A stretch of 64,000 bases of DNA from Azolla caroliniana (lineage: Eukaryota; Plantae; Polypodiophyta): the NCBI GenBank assembly GCA_043228905.1, contig JBHGNT010000002.1, positions 9,610,001-9,674,000 of the forward strand, given 5' to 3'. The notes below the pieces were generated by a model. That model made no database searches and was not told where the DNA came from. It saw nothing but the letters and a program-made list of their open reading frames with translations. Below, piece after piece: positions 12,264 through 23,168 of the stretch. Position numbers and translations under genes: made by a program. The stretch's first letter is position 1; every line of letters starts with the position of its first letter.

Positions 12264-15200
12264 TGAGGCGAGTCAGTGCGCAATGGAGGCGGCCGACGGG
12301 ATGAAGGACGAAGGCACCGAAGTGATGCCAACTGCAATTCCAGATCCTCCGGAAACAAGGGGAGTCGAGGCGACGAGAATCGGCAAGGGAAATCCGTTGC
12401 GGAATGCTAGTACTATGGCAAGAAAGGCCACAAGGAGAGCGAGTGCTGGAAGAAGCACACCGATTCAGAGAGGACTGGATTCGGACAAACCGACAAAGGA
12501 AATCGGCAGCGATCGCACTACGCCGCAGGGTCCGGAAAAGCCGAAAAAGGGCCAACCTTCGTGACGAGACACGAAACGAACTCTATGAAGATGTCCACCC
12601 CGAAATTGGAGGAGGTGTGGTACGTTGACTCCGGTGCGTCAAACCACATGACGTGCCACAAGGAGTGGTTCTCCTACCTGGAAAAACCGATGCAACCGGG
12701 AGTAGTCGCAATCGGACATGACAATCCGCATCCGATCACGAATGTCGGTGAAGTTCCCTTGAGCCATGTCGGGCAGAAAGGGAAACTTATGAACGTGTTA
12801 GACGTCCCCACAATCACGAAGAATCTGGTGTCGGTCGGGCAGATTGTTGACCACGGGATGCAAGTCCGGTTCACGCATCTCGGGTGCTTCATCGAAGAAG
12901 AAGGCCGAGTTACTGCGCAAGGGCGTAGAGACGGGAGGATGTTTATCCTCGACTCTAGTGAAGGTGGCACTGCAATGTTCTCGAAAGGACAAAAAGTTGA
13001 GTCAGATATTGACTTATGGCACAAGCTGATAGGCCACGTCAACTATCAACGGCTTCAGGACCTGCAATCGAAATAGGTGGTGTTCGGATTGCCCAAATAT
13101 AGTGGCTGGAAGGCACGAATTTGTGAAGCTTGCCAACTCGGGAAGCAACACCGACTTCCTTTCCCTAATGAGCATAACTGGAGCCGGAACAAGCTCGACT
13201 TGATACATTCAGATGTATGGGGGCCGACACAAAATGTTAGTCTTGGCGGGAGTCGATATTTTGTCTCCTTCATCGACGACTATACGCGGCACATGTGGAT
13301 CTATCTCATCGAGAAGAAGAGTGAAGTCTTCAACTGTTTCCAGGACCTCAAAGGGTTCGTGGAAACGGAAACAGGACGAAAGATCAAGTGCTTGCGGTCA
13401 GATGGCGGAAAAGAATACTTTTCCGGTCAATTCAATGTCTATTTGCAACAGATGGGAATTCAGCGTGAATTCAGTTGTAGATACACGCCGGAGCAAAACG
13501 GCGTGGCCGAGAGGAAGAACCGGTCAATTGTAGAAGCGGCATAGGCAATGCTGGAGGAGAAGAGCTTGCCCAAGTTCTATTGGGCCAAGGCGGTACGAAC
13601 CGCAGTATACATCCAGAATCAGATCGGAGACAAAGTGTCGGCGCATGAGCAGTATTTCGGAAGGAAGTTGAATCTACGACACTTGAGAGTTTTCGGTAGC
13701 ATTGCGTATGTGCATGTACCGAAGGAGAAACAAGGGAAGTTGGACGCGAAAGCCGAGAAGTGTATCTTGGTCGGCTACTCGGACGGGCAGAAGGGTTATA
13801 AGTGTTATAGCCCTCGCACCAACCAAGTGCGTGTGAGCTGTGACGTTGTGTTTGATGAGTCCGCGTCTTGGTACTTGCCTCCGACTCCGGACCTCACCTC
13901 CAATCGGAGTTTTGATGATGACGTCAGCAAGGCCGAGATGCCTCCGGATGACCCTAAAATTGGGACCCGCGAAGAGAGTCCGATTTCGTTTCGGTTAAGC
14001 GGACCGGATTGACGACTGAGTCGGTTCGACCAGTGAGGCGAGTCAGTGCGCAATGGAGGCGGCCGACGGGATGAAGGACGAAGGCACCGAAGTGATGCCA
14101 ACTGCAATTCCAGATCCTCCGGAAACAAGGGGAGTCGAGGCGACGAGAATCGGCAAGGGAAATCCGTTGCGGAATGCTAGTACTATCGCAAGAAAGGCCA
14201 CAAGGAGAGCGAGTGCTGGAAGAAGCACGCCGATTCAGAGAGGACTGGATTCGGACAAACCGACAAAGGAAATCGGCAGCGATCGCACTACGCCGCAGGG
14301 TCCGGAAAAGCCGAAAAAGGGCCAACCTTCGTGACGAGACACGAAACGAACTCTATGAAGATGTCCACCCCGAAATTGGAGGAGGTGTGGTACGTTGACT
14401 CCGGTGCGTCAAACCACATGACGTGCCACAAGGAGTGGTTCTCCTACCTGGAAAAACCGATGCAACCGGGAGTAGTCGCAATCAGACACGACAGTCCGCA
14501 TCCGATCACGAATGTCGGTGAAGTTCCCTTGAGCCATGTCGGGCAGAAAGGGAAACTTATGAACGTGTTAGACGTCCCCACAATCACGAAGAATCTGGTG
14601 TTGGTCGGGCAGATTGTTGACCAGGGGATGCAAGTCCAGTTCACGCATCTCGGGTGCTTCATCGAAGAAGAAGGCCGAGTTACTGCGCAAGGGCGTAGAG
14701 ACGGGAGGATGTTTATCCTCGACTCTAGTGAAGGTGGCACTGCAATGTTCTCGAAAGGACAAAAAGTTGAGTCAGATATTGACTTATGGCACAAGCGGAT
14801 AGGCCACGTCAACTATCAACGGCTTCAGGACCTGCAATCGAAATAGGTGGTGTTCGGATTGCCCAAATATAGTGGCTGGAAGGCACGAATTTGTGAAGCT
14901 TGCCAACTCGGGAAGCAACACCGACTTCCTTTCCCTAATGAGCATAACTGGAGCCGGAACAAGCTCGACTTGATACATTCAGATGTATGGGGGCCGACAC
15001 AAAATGTTAGTCTTGGCGGGAGTCGATATTTTGTCTCCTTCATCGACGACTATACGCGGCACACGTGGATCTATCTCATCGAGAAGAAGAGTGAAGTCTT
15101 CAACTGTTTCCAGGACCTCAAAGGGTTCGTGGAAACGGAAACAGGACGAAAGATCAAGTGCTTGCGGTCAGATGGCGGAAAAGAATACTTTTCCGGTCAA

Positions 15201-15803
15201 TTCAATGTCTATTTGCAACAGATGGGAATTCGGCGTGAATTCAGTTGTAGATACACGCCGGAGCAAAACAGCGTGGCCGAGAGGAAGAACCGGTCAATTG
15301 TAGAAACGGCATAGGCAATGCTGGAGGAGAAGAGCTTGCCCAAGTTCTATTGGGCCAAGGCGGTACGAACCGCAGTATACATCCAGAATCAGATCGGAGA
15401 CAAAGTGTCGGCGCATGAGCAGTATTTCGGAAGGAAGCTGAATCTACGACACTTGAGAGTTTTTGGTAGCATTGCGTATGTGCATGTACCGAAGGAGAAA
15501 CGAGGGAAGTTGGACGCGAAAGCCGAGAAGTGTATCTTGGTCGGCTACTCGGACGGGCAGAAGGGTTATAAGTGTTATAGCCCTCGCACCAACCAAGTGC
15601 GTGTGAGCCGTGACGTTGTGTTTGATGAGTCCGCGTCTTGGTACTTGCCTCCGACTCCGGACCTCACCTCCAATCGGAGTTTTGATGATGACGTCAGCAA
15701 GGCCGAGATGCCTCCGGATGACCCTAAAATTGGGACCCGCGAAGAGAGTCCGATTTCGTTTCGGTTAAGCGGACCGGATTGACGACTGAGTCGGTTCGAC
15801 CAG
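12264..15803 (+). repeat. 1770-bp internal tandem duplication (12264-14033 / 14034-15803)
   Basis: ORF pairs offset by exactly 1770 (12561/14331, 13077/14847, 13548/15318); junction at GACCAG|TGAGGCG. Confidence 0.95.
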
Positions 15804-17317
15804 TTCGATGAAGAGCCGGCGAGTAGTGGAGACTCGGTCGTGCATTCCCCGCGCAGGAAACCGAGGAGATGGCTTACGCGCAAAGAAAAAGGGAAGAAGA
15901 AGGTGTCGGATTACGGCACGGATAGGAATGAGTCGGATCAATGTGAGTCTGACTTCGAGGGAAGTGACGCTAGGTCTTTGAGAGCGAAGTCCGCGTCGGC
16001 CATAAAAGCCTCAACATCGGCTAATGAGCAATTACGCCGATCAACCCGCCAGAAGAACCCTGTTGTGTGGTTCGTTTACAACGAGTACATGGCGCATCAC
16101 TATGCATACATGACCCTTGTAGCAGAAGTGCATGAGCCGGAGAGCTACACAGAAGTGGCGAAGGACGCAATGGAGGAAGAGATGTGCGTATTGGCGGAGA
16201 ATGAAACCTGGGACCTGATTGACGCACCGAAAGGTGTGAAGCCGATTGAATGTAGGTGGGTGTACAAGGTCAAGTACAACACTGACGGCTCGGTCAACCG
16301 CTACAAGGCCCGGTTAGAAGCAAAAGGCTATGCGCAGAAACACGACATTGACTACGATGAGACGTTTGCGCCGGTTGCGAAGATGACGACCATCCATGTT
16401 TTGCTCGCGGTCGCTACCGCAAAGGGGTGGCACTTACATCAGATGGATGTAAGGAATGCATTCCTCCAAGGTGAGCTTGAGGAACAGGTGTACATGGTAC
16501 AACCCCCCGGATTTCACTCCGGAACGAACACTTCGGCGGTGTGCCGATTGAAGAAGTCCCTTTACGGACTAGAGTAAGCCTTGCGTGCCTGGAACGCGAA
16601 GATCACACAACGACTGCGTCGGATGGGCTTTGTGACATCAAAATCAGACTCCTCACTGTTCATCCAAAAAGGTCGACTCGGGCCGGTTAGTATTTTACTT
16701 TATGTTGATGACTTGGTCATCACCGGCGCCGACCTAGGTGAGATAGACCACGTGAAGCTTCATTACTTCCTCGGGATCAAAGTGATCCGTACCCCCGAAG
16801 GCATATTGATTAGCCAACGTCTTTACGTGCTGAATATGCTCTTCAAATTCGGGATGGCCGATTGTAAGTCCGTCTCGACTCCTCTAGATAGAACCATCAA
16901 GCTTCGCCCCGATTCAGGAAAGGTATGTGACCCGATGAGGTTCCGACAGATAGTCGGAAGCCTTATTTACTTGACCATCACCTGACCAGATCTCCGCTAC
17001 CCGGTCGGGGTGATTAGTCAGTTCATGGCGTGACCGACCAAGGAGCACCTTCAGTGCGCACAATGTGTACTCCGGTACGTTAGTGGCACTAAGGACCGGG
17101 GGCTACTATATCGGGCCGATATTGCTGCGCAGTTGTTGGTTACACTGATGCTGATTGGGCCGGAAACGTCGTCGATCGCCGATCCACGTCCGGTTTCGCG
17201 TTCTCTCTCGGGAGTGCCACGATCGCGTGGAGTAGCAAGAAGCAGCCGACAGTTGCGCTGTCGAGCACCGAAGCCGAGTATAGAGGAGCAGTTGTCGCGA
17301 CATGCAAATGCATATGG

Positions 17318-17741
17318 TGTCAGGAATAGTACTAAAGCAGAGATGGAATTAGTACTAAGAAGAGTCGTACTATTAGTACTAAGAGGATGGGACTGCGTAA
17401 GATTCCCGAGAGAGAGGAAGTAAGAAGAGGAGAGAGAGAGATAGGATGATGACAACAACTCTTATATTATATGAAAGATAAGTACAAATCGGCTAAGAGG
17501 CTTAAGACTGGTGTTGAACCAATTTGGTTCAAAACAATCCCTTGTGCCTCCTTTTATAGTGTTTTTAGGAATAATCCTGAAGCTTCTAGAATGTTCCAGA
17601 GAGATCTGGAATATACATCAATTTTCTATGATAAAGCATAAATGAAAATAATATCTTACAAATTACAATTCATAGTCTAATGGTAAGAGCTTGACCCATG
17701 TAGCATAAGGTCATGGGTTCGAGTCTTGCCATATCATGACA
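17318..17741 (-). repeat. 3' LTR of chromovirus A
   Basis: TG...CA, adjacent to the PPT, direct repeat of 27632-28055. Confidence 0.95.
17665..17741 (+). promoter_or_regulatory. tRNA-like Pol III A/B-box cassette in the chromovirus LTR (also 27980-28055 + and 34679-34755 -)
   Basis: A box TAGTCTAATGG (17673-17683) and B box GGTTCGAGTC (17716-17725) at tRNA spacing; stems are degenerate, so it is not a tRNA gene. Confidence 0.65.
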
Positions 17742-17752
17742 CTATCTCCCCC

Positions 17753-18343
17753 TTAAAGACGACGAGTGGAACGAGTCGGTGCTAATTGTGGACCGGGTTT
17801 GTCCGGATACTTTCGGTGGAAATCAGCAAGAAGATCTTGTGCATTGGCAACATGCTCGACGGGTTCCCAAGTACGTTCGCTCGGACTATAACCGAGCCAA
17901 TCGACCAAGCAATAAAGTTTGTTGCGAACAAGTTTGGAATCGAGGATGGCAACAACTTCATAGTCTGGGCCAGCGTCCAACTCTAGCGGGGGCGACGGTG
18001 GTGTCACACGATCGGGAATGGTGTTTGCTTTATAAGGTTCAAGAAGAGAACAATGGAAAACCGGATGTATTTGAAGCTGCAGAGGGAGATCAAGGCGGAA
18101 GGTGACATCATTAATCTTACCCGTAATACGGAAAGGACCGAGTCGTCGATAATCCAACTTGTCGCACGGTCGAGTAGTCTTGATGTGACGACGTAAGAGC
18201 CATACTCGATCTCCGATGGCAAAAGAGGAGGGAATCCGATGACGATCTGCATAAGTCTTCTGTGTGTGTTGAGCATGACGAAGGTGAGTAGAGAGATCCA
18301 TCTAGATCTTGCGTAGCCTCTCCAAATGATCCTCGGCACGAGG
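17753..18343 (-). pseudogene. pol: Integrase C-terminus (GPF motif) and chromodomain of chromovirus A pol
   Basis: LGPFRI, IHPVFHCSLLEP and DYEVVAILDSK...LVDWLGYSPSERTWEP; cut off from the rest of pol by the Copia insertion. Confidence 0.9.
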
Positions 18344-18348
18344 GTTGG

Positions 18349-19021
18349 TGTTGGGATTTACGGTCCCTCCGGATGGGATGTCCGGAGATGAATGACGGCA
18401 AGCCCGGTTGCGGTTACGGAACCGGAGGATGAAGAGTACCCGGCATGAAGCCGGATGACGAAGACCCGGCTACGGAGCCGGATGAGGAAGACCCCGGTTA
18501 CGGAGCCGGATGACGAAGACCCCGGTTACGGAGCCGGATGATGAATGTACCCGGAGAGAGATCCGGATGCGGGGACATATTTGTGAATATGTTTGCCAAG
18601 GGCCCTTGAGGCTATATTTGTAAATAGCCCGAAAGTCATATGTGTATAAATATGACTTAGGGCAAACAGTTTTATGTTGCTGCTCATTTTCTGTTTTCAC
18701 TTAGAGGGAGCGAAGGGAGAGCAGCCGAGAGAGAGAGAGAGAGAGAGAAACGAGGAGGTCGTTGCCTCTGTGTATTACCGCCGCCTGTGGCGAGGACAGC
18801 GAGCTCAAGGTCGTCGCCTTGCAGCTCGCCATTGTATACTTCTCTGTATAGTGTTGGTTTGGAGTCTTGTACTCCCGTGGTTTTTTCCCGTTTAGGGTTT
18901 TCCACGTTAATCCCTGTGTTATCGTGTCTTTCTCTGTGTTTCCTATTTTCTGCTGCATTGATTTGTGATTTCTCGGTTGTGGCCGAACGGTGAAGGTGAA
19001 TCGAAGACTTGATTCCCAACA
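18349..19021 (+). repeat. 5' LTR of the intact Copia (673 bp)
   Basis: TGTTGGGA...TCCCAACA termini, TATAAAT near 18646, followed by the PBS. Confidence 0.96.
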
Positions 19022-19023
19022 AG

Positions 19024-19035
19024 TGGTATCAGAGC
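19024..19035 (+). promoter_or_regulatory. PBS for initiator tRNA-Met
   Basis: TGGTATCAGAGC two nt after the LTR end. Confidence 0.95.
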
Positions 19036-19051
19036 GACGGCAGTGCAGAAA

Positions 19052-22000
19052 ATGGAAGGCGGCAGCAGCGGGCAGCCGGGGATGATGGTGCTGAATGCGC
19101 AGAACTACGCCGACTGGAAGATCAAGATGGAGGATCTTCTGATTGTTCGGGACCTGTACGAACCGATTGACAGGTCGGAAATACCGAAGGGGGTACTTGA
19201 GACGGAATGGAGGCTTCTGAACCGGAAAGCCGTAGCGACGATCCGGCAATATGTCGATGTAAGCGTCCTACAACATGTGGCGAACGACACCAACGCATAT
19301 GAGATGTGGAAGAAGCTGTCGGGCCTCTACGAGAGGAAGAATGCGTTGAACCGGACCTCCCTGATGAGGAAGAATGCGTTGAACCGGACCTCCCTGATGA
19401 GGAAGATAGTGAACCTCAAGTACCGGGACGGCGAGAGCATGGTGGAACACGTAAGCACGTTCATGGGATTCGTGAATCAGCTTGCGGCGATCAAGTTCCC
19501 GTTGGAGGATGCAATGCAAGCCATCATCCTGATGTGTACATTGCCGGAAAGCTGGGAGAACTTGGTGGTGACTCTCAGCACCTCTTGCACCGAAGATAAC
19601 TTGTCTCTACAAACGGTAAAGACAAGTATTTTGAACGAAGAAGCGCGTCGGAGAGATAAAGAACCGGCCTCCGACCCGAAGGCGCTGCTTACCGAATCGG
19701 AACGGGGAAGACAATGGAACCGGAGTCCGCAAAGACGGGAGAAGTCGGGGACCCGGTCGCAGTCAAGAGGAAGACCCACATGCTTCCACTGTGGGAAGCC
19801 GGGGCACTTCCGGAAGAATTGTCGGCATTACCGAAAGGACAACGGAGCCGACGACACCGATTCGAAGAAGTCACCGGAGAGAAACGGTGCATACCGGGGA
19901 GCCACGGACCGGAGAGGTCCGGATCGGCGAGGGCAGGACCGGAAAGGAACGACGGCACTCGCGGCAAGTGAAGAAGAGATAATGCTCATTACCGAAGAGA
20001 GGGAGCTGAACCTTGCCGGTGAAGAGATGACCTGGGTGGTCGATTCCGGAGCGTCGTTCCACCTGACCCCGGAGAAGAAATACTTCTCATCCTACATAGC
20101 CGGTGAGCACGGCTGTGTCCGGATGGGAAATGAAGGTACGTGCCGGATTTCCGGCATAGGAGACGTGTGGCTGATGACATCAACCGGATGCAAAATGCTG
20201 CTGAAGGATGTCCGACACGTTCCGGAGGTTCGATTGAACCTGATTTCGGCCGGGAGGCTAGACGATGAAGGCTACACAGGTAGCATCCGGAACGGCGTAA
20301 TGAAGTTCAGCAAGGGGAGCTTGATAGTGGCTCGGGCCCGGAAGGTCAACACACTGTACCTGATGAATTCCCGGCTATGTCCGGAGGAGTTGAATGTGGC
20401 AGCCGACACTGCCGGTGAGCTGTGGCACAAGAGGCTGTGCCACATGAGTGAGAAGGGGATGAAGAGGCTTGCAGAAGACAACCTTATTCCAGTGAAGCAT
20501 GTGCACCTGGAGAAGTGCACCGACTGCCTGGCCGGTAAGCAAAACCGGGCCTCCTTCCACTCAAGGCCACCGACGAGACGTAGTGCACCATTGGAGCTGG
20601 TGCATACTGACGTGTGTCAAGTAGAAACGAAGTCACATGGCGGAGCCCAGTACTTCGTAACATTCATAGATGATCACAGCCGGAAGCTGTGGACGGCACC
20701 GTTGAAGACAAAGGACCAAGTATTGTCCGTCTTCAAAGAACTCCACGCGAGAGTGGAAAGGGAATCCGGCAAGAAGCTGAAAGCGGTACGAGCGGATAAC
20801 GGAGGGGAATACCGGGGGCAGTTCGAGGAGTACTGTCGCTCGAAGGGAATCCGGCTCGAGTTTACTGTGCCGAAGACGCCGGAACTGAACGGGCTGGCCG
20901 AGAGGATGAACCGGACCATAATGGAGAGGGTCCGGAGTATGCTGGCGCATGCGAAATTACCCAAGGGGTTTTGGGCTGAGGCAATGTCGACGGCGACATA
21001 CGTGATAAACAGATCACCCTCAGTACCTTTGGATGGAGACACGCCGCAGAGAGTGTGGACCGGTAGGGAAGTATCCTACCGGCATCTGAAGGTGTTCGGG
21101 TGTCTCGCATATGTGCATGTGGCAAAGGACCGGAGAGGAAAGCTAGATCCAAAGACCCGGCCATGCATATTCCTCGGTTACGGCAACGACGAGTTCGGCT
21201 ACCGAGTATGGGACCCGGTCGACAAGAAGATATTCAGGAGTCGAGATATCATCTTCATGGAGGACAAGACACTCACCGACTGGGAGTCGGAGAAGAAGAT
21301 GAAGAGCTCCAAGTCGACCGGTGAGGATCAACTCTACAAGGAGCAGTCCCGACCGGCAAGAGACCGGTTAGCACTCGAGGATCCGGCCGAAGACGGTGAA
21401 GAAACAGAACCGGCCGAAGAAGATGAAAATGATACCGGAACCGGCCCCGATCCCGAAATGGATTCGGATGAAGAAGAATCGGAAGAACCGGTTACCGAAG
21501 CTCCGGAACGGAGATATCCTCTAAGAGAGAGAAGGGCCCCCCGGAGATTTCCGGAACCAGAGCACGTGCTGCTAACCGACGAGGGGGAGCCGGAGAGCTT
21601 TGAAGAAGCAAAGCATGACACCCATAGCCGCAGGTGGTTAAGTGCCATGCAGGAGGAGATGGATTCTCTGCATGAGAACCACACATATGAACTTGTGGAG
21701 TTGCCGAAAGGAAAACGGGCACTCCGTAACAAGTGGGTGTTCAAGCTGAAACCGGGAGATGCCGGAAACCCCCCGAGATACAAAGCCAGGATCGTGGTGA
21801 AGGGGTTCCAGCAGAAGAAGGGCGTCGACTTCGACGAGATATTTGCCCCGGTAGTGAAGATGACCTCCATCCGGACGGTGCTGAGCATAGCGGCAAGCAT
21901 GGACCTCGAGGTAGAACAGATGGACGTGAAGACGGCATTCCTTCACGGTGACCTCGAAGAAGAGATCTACATGCAGCAACCGGAAGGATTCGAGAAGAAA

Positions 22001-23158
22001 GGAAAGGAGCACCTGGTATGCCGGTTGAAGAAGAGCCTCTACGGTCTGAAGCAGGCTCCCCGGCAATGGTACCGGAAGTTCGACTCCTTCATGACAGACG
22101 AAGGGTACCACAAAACGCAGACCGATCACTGCGTGTTTGTGAAGAAGTTCGAAGGAGGAGACTTTCTGATGCTCCTCCTGTACGTGGACGACATGTTGAT
22201 CGTCGGACGAGACCTGGTCAAGATACGGATGCTGAAGAAGGCTCTTCATCGAACCTTCTCAATGAAGGACCTGGGTCCGGCGAGGCAAATACTAGGGATG
22301 CACATCATCCGGGACCGGAAGAAGAAGCAGTTGTGGCTGTCACAGGAGAAGTACGTGACAAAGGTGCTTCACCGGTTCAACATGTCGGAAGCTAGACCGG
22401 TCGGATCAACCCTCCCGGCAAACTGCAAGCTGTCCAGCAAGCAAAGCCCCAAGACAAAGGCTGAGAAGGAGGACATGATGAAAGTACCATATGCCTCTGC
22501 CGTCGGGAGCTTGATGTACGCGATGGTGTGTACCCGACCGGACATAGGATATGCAGTCGGAGTGGTGAGCCGGTACATGAGCAATCCCGGCAAAGAGCAT
22601 TGGAACGCGGTCAAATGGATACTCCGATACCTGAAGGGCACGGCAAACATGTGCCTCCGATTCGGCTCCGGTAAGCCCGAACTCGATGGATTTACCGATT
22701 CGGATATGTCGGCTGATGCAGATACCAGCCGGTCCACATCAGGGTATGTGATGACGTATGCAGGGGGAGCTGTTTCATGGCAGTCGAGGCTGCAGAAGAC
22801 GGTTGCACTGTCAACCACGGAGGCGGAGTACATGGCGGCTGTTGAAGCCGGCAAGGAAACAATATGGATGAAGGACTTCATTAGAGAGCTCGGTATCCGG
22901 CAGGAGGAGTACCGACTCTACTGCGACAGTCAGAGTGCCATCCACCTTGCGAAGAACGCGGCCTATCACTCCCGGACGAAGCACATCCAGCGAAGATATC
23001 ACTGGATCCGGGAAAGGATAGAAGACAAGGAGTTCGTGCTGACGAAGATCCACACGGACGAGAACGGGTCGGATATGCTGACTAAGGTACTTACACCCGA
23101 CAAGCTGGAAGCATGCCGGAAGAGGATCGGATTGGAGAGACATCCCATGCCGAAGTGA
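19052..23158 (+). CDS. gag-pol: Copia Gag-Pol polyprotein (gag, CCHC knuckle, protease, integrase, RT, RNaseH)
   Basis: Open frame of about 1368 aa from ATG 19052: CFHCGKPGHFRKNC, WVVDSGAS, LWHKRLCH...CTDC, DNGGEY, LYVDD, TKHI. Confidence 0.97.
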   Translation: MEGGSSGQPGMMVLNAQNYADWKIKMEDLLIVRDLYEPIDRSEIPKGVLETEWRLLNRKAVATIRQYVDVSVLQHVANDTNAYEMWKKLSGLYERKNALNRTSLMRKNALNRTSLMRKIVNLKYRDGESMVEHVSTFMGFVNQLAAIKFPLEDAMQAIILMCTLPESWENLVVTLSTSCTEDNLSLQTVKTSILNEEARRRDKEPASDPKALLTESERGRQWNRSPQRREKSGTRSQSRGRPTCFHCGKPGHFRKNCRHYRKDNGADDTDSKKSPERNGAYRGATDRRGPDRRGQDRKGTTALAASEEEIMLITEERELNLAGEEMTWVVDSGASFHLTPEKKYFSSYIAGEHGCVRMGNEGTCRISGIGDVWLMTSTGCKMLLKDVRHVPEVRLNLISAGRLDDEGYTGSIRNGVMKFSKGSLIVARARKVNTLYLMNSRLCPEELNVAADTAGELWHKRLCHMSEKGMKRLAEDNLIPVKHVHLEKCTDCLAGKQNRASFHSRPPTRRSAPLELVHTDVCQVETKSHGGAQYFVTFIDDHSRKLWTAPLKTKDQVLSVFKELHARVERESGKKLKAVRADNGGEYRGQFEEYCRSKGIRLEFTVPKTPELNGLAERMNRTIMERVRSMLAHAKLPKGFWAEAMSTATYVINRSPSVPLDGDTPQRVWTGREVSYRHLKVFGCLAYVHVAKDRRGKLDPKTRPCIFLGYGNDEFGYRVWDPVDKKIFRSRDIIFMEDKTLTDWESEKKMKSSKSTGEDQLYKEQSRPARDRLALEDPAEDGEETEPAEEDENDTGTGPDPEMDSDEEESEEPVTEAPERRYPLRERRAPRRFPEPEHVLLTDEGEPESFEEAKHDTHSRRWLSAMQEEMDSLHENHTYELVELPKGKRALRNKWVFKLKPGDAGNPPRYKARIVVKGFQQKKGVDFDEIFAPVVKMTSIRTVLSIAASMDLEVEQMDVKTAFLHGDLEEEIYMQQPEGFEKKGKEHLVCRLKKSLYGLKQAPRQWYRKFDSFMTDEGYHKTQTDHCVFVKKFEGGDFLMLLLYVDDMLIVGRDLVKIRMLKKALHRTFSMKDLGPARQILGMHIIRDRKKKQLWLSQEKYVTKVLHRFNMSEARPVGSTLPANCKLSSKQSPKTKAEKEDMMKVPYASAVGSLMYAMVCTRPDIGYAVGVVSRYMSNPGKEHWNAVKWILRYLKGTANMCLRFGSGKPELDGFTDSDMSADADTSRSTSGYVMTYAGGAVSWQSRLQKTVALSTTEAEYMAAVEAGKETIWMKDFIRELGIRQEEYRLYCDSQSAIHLAKNAAYHSRTKHIQRRYHWIRERIEDKEFVLTKIHTDENGSDMLTKVLTPDKLEACRKRIGLERHPMPK

Positions 23159-23168
23159 AGGGGGAGTT

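Noticed and set aside
17665-17741. Functional tRNA gene
   Set aside because: Acceptor and T stems do not pair; only the promoter boxes are recognisable.
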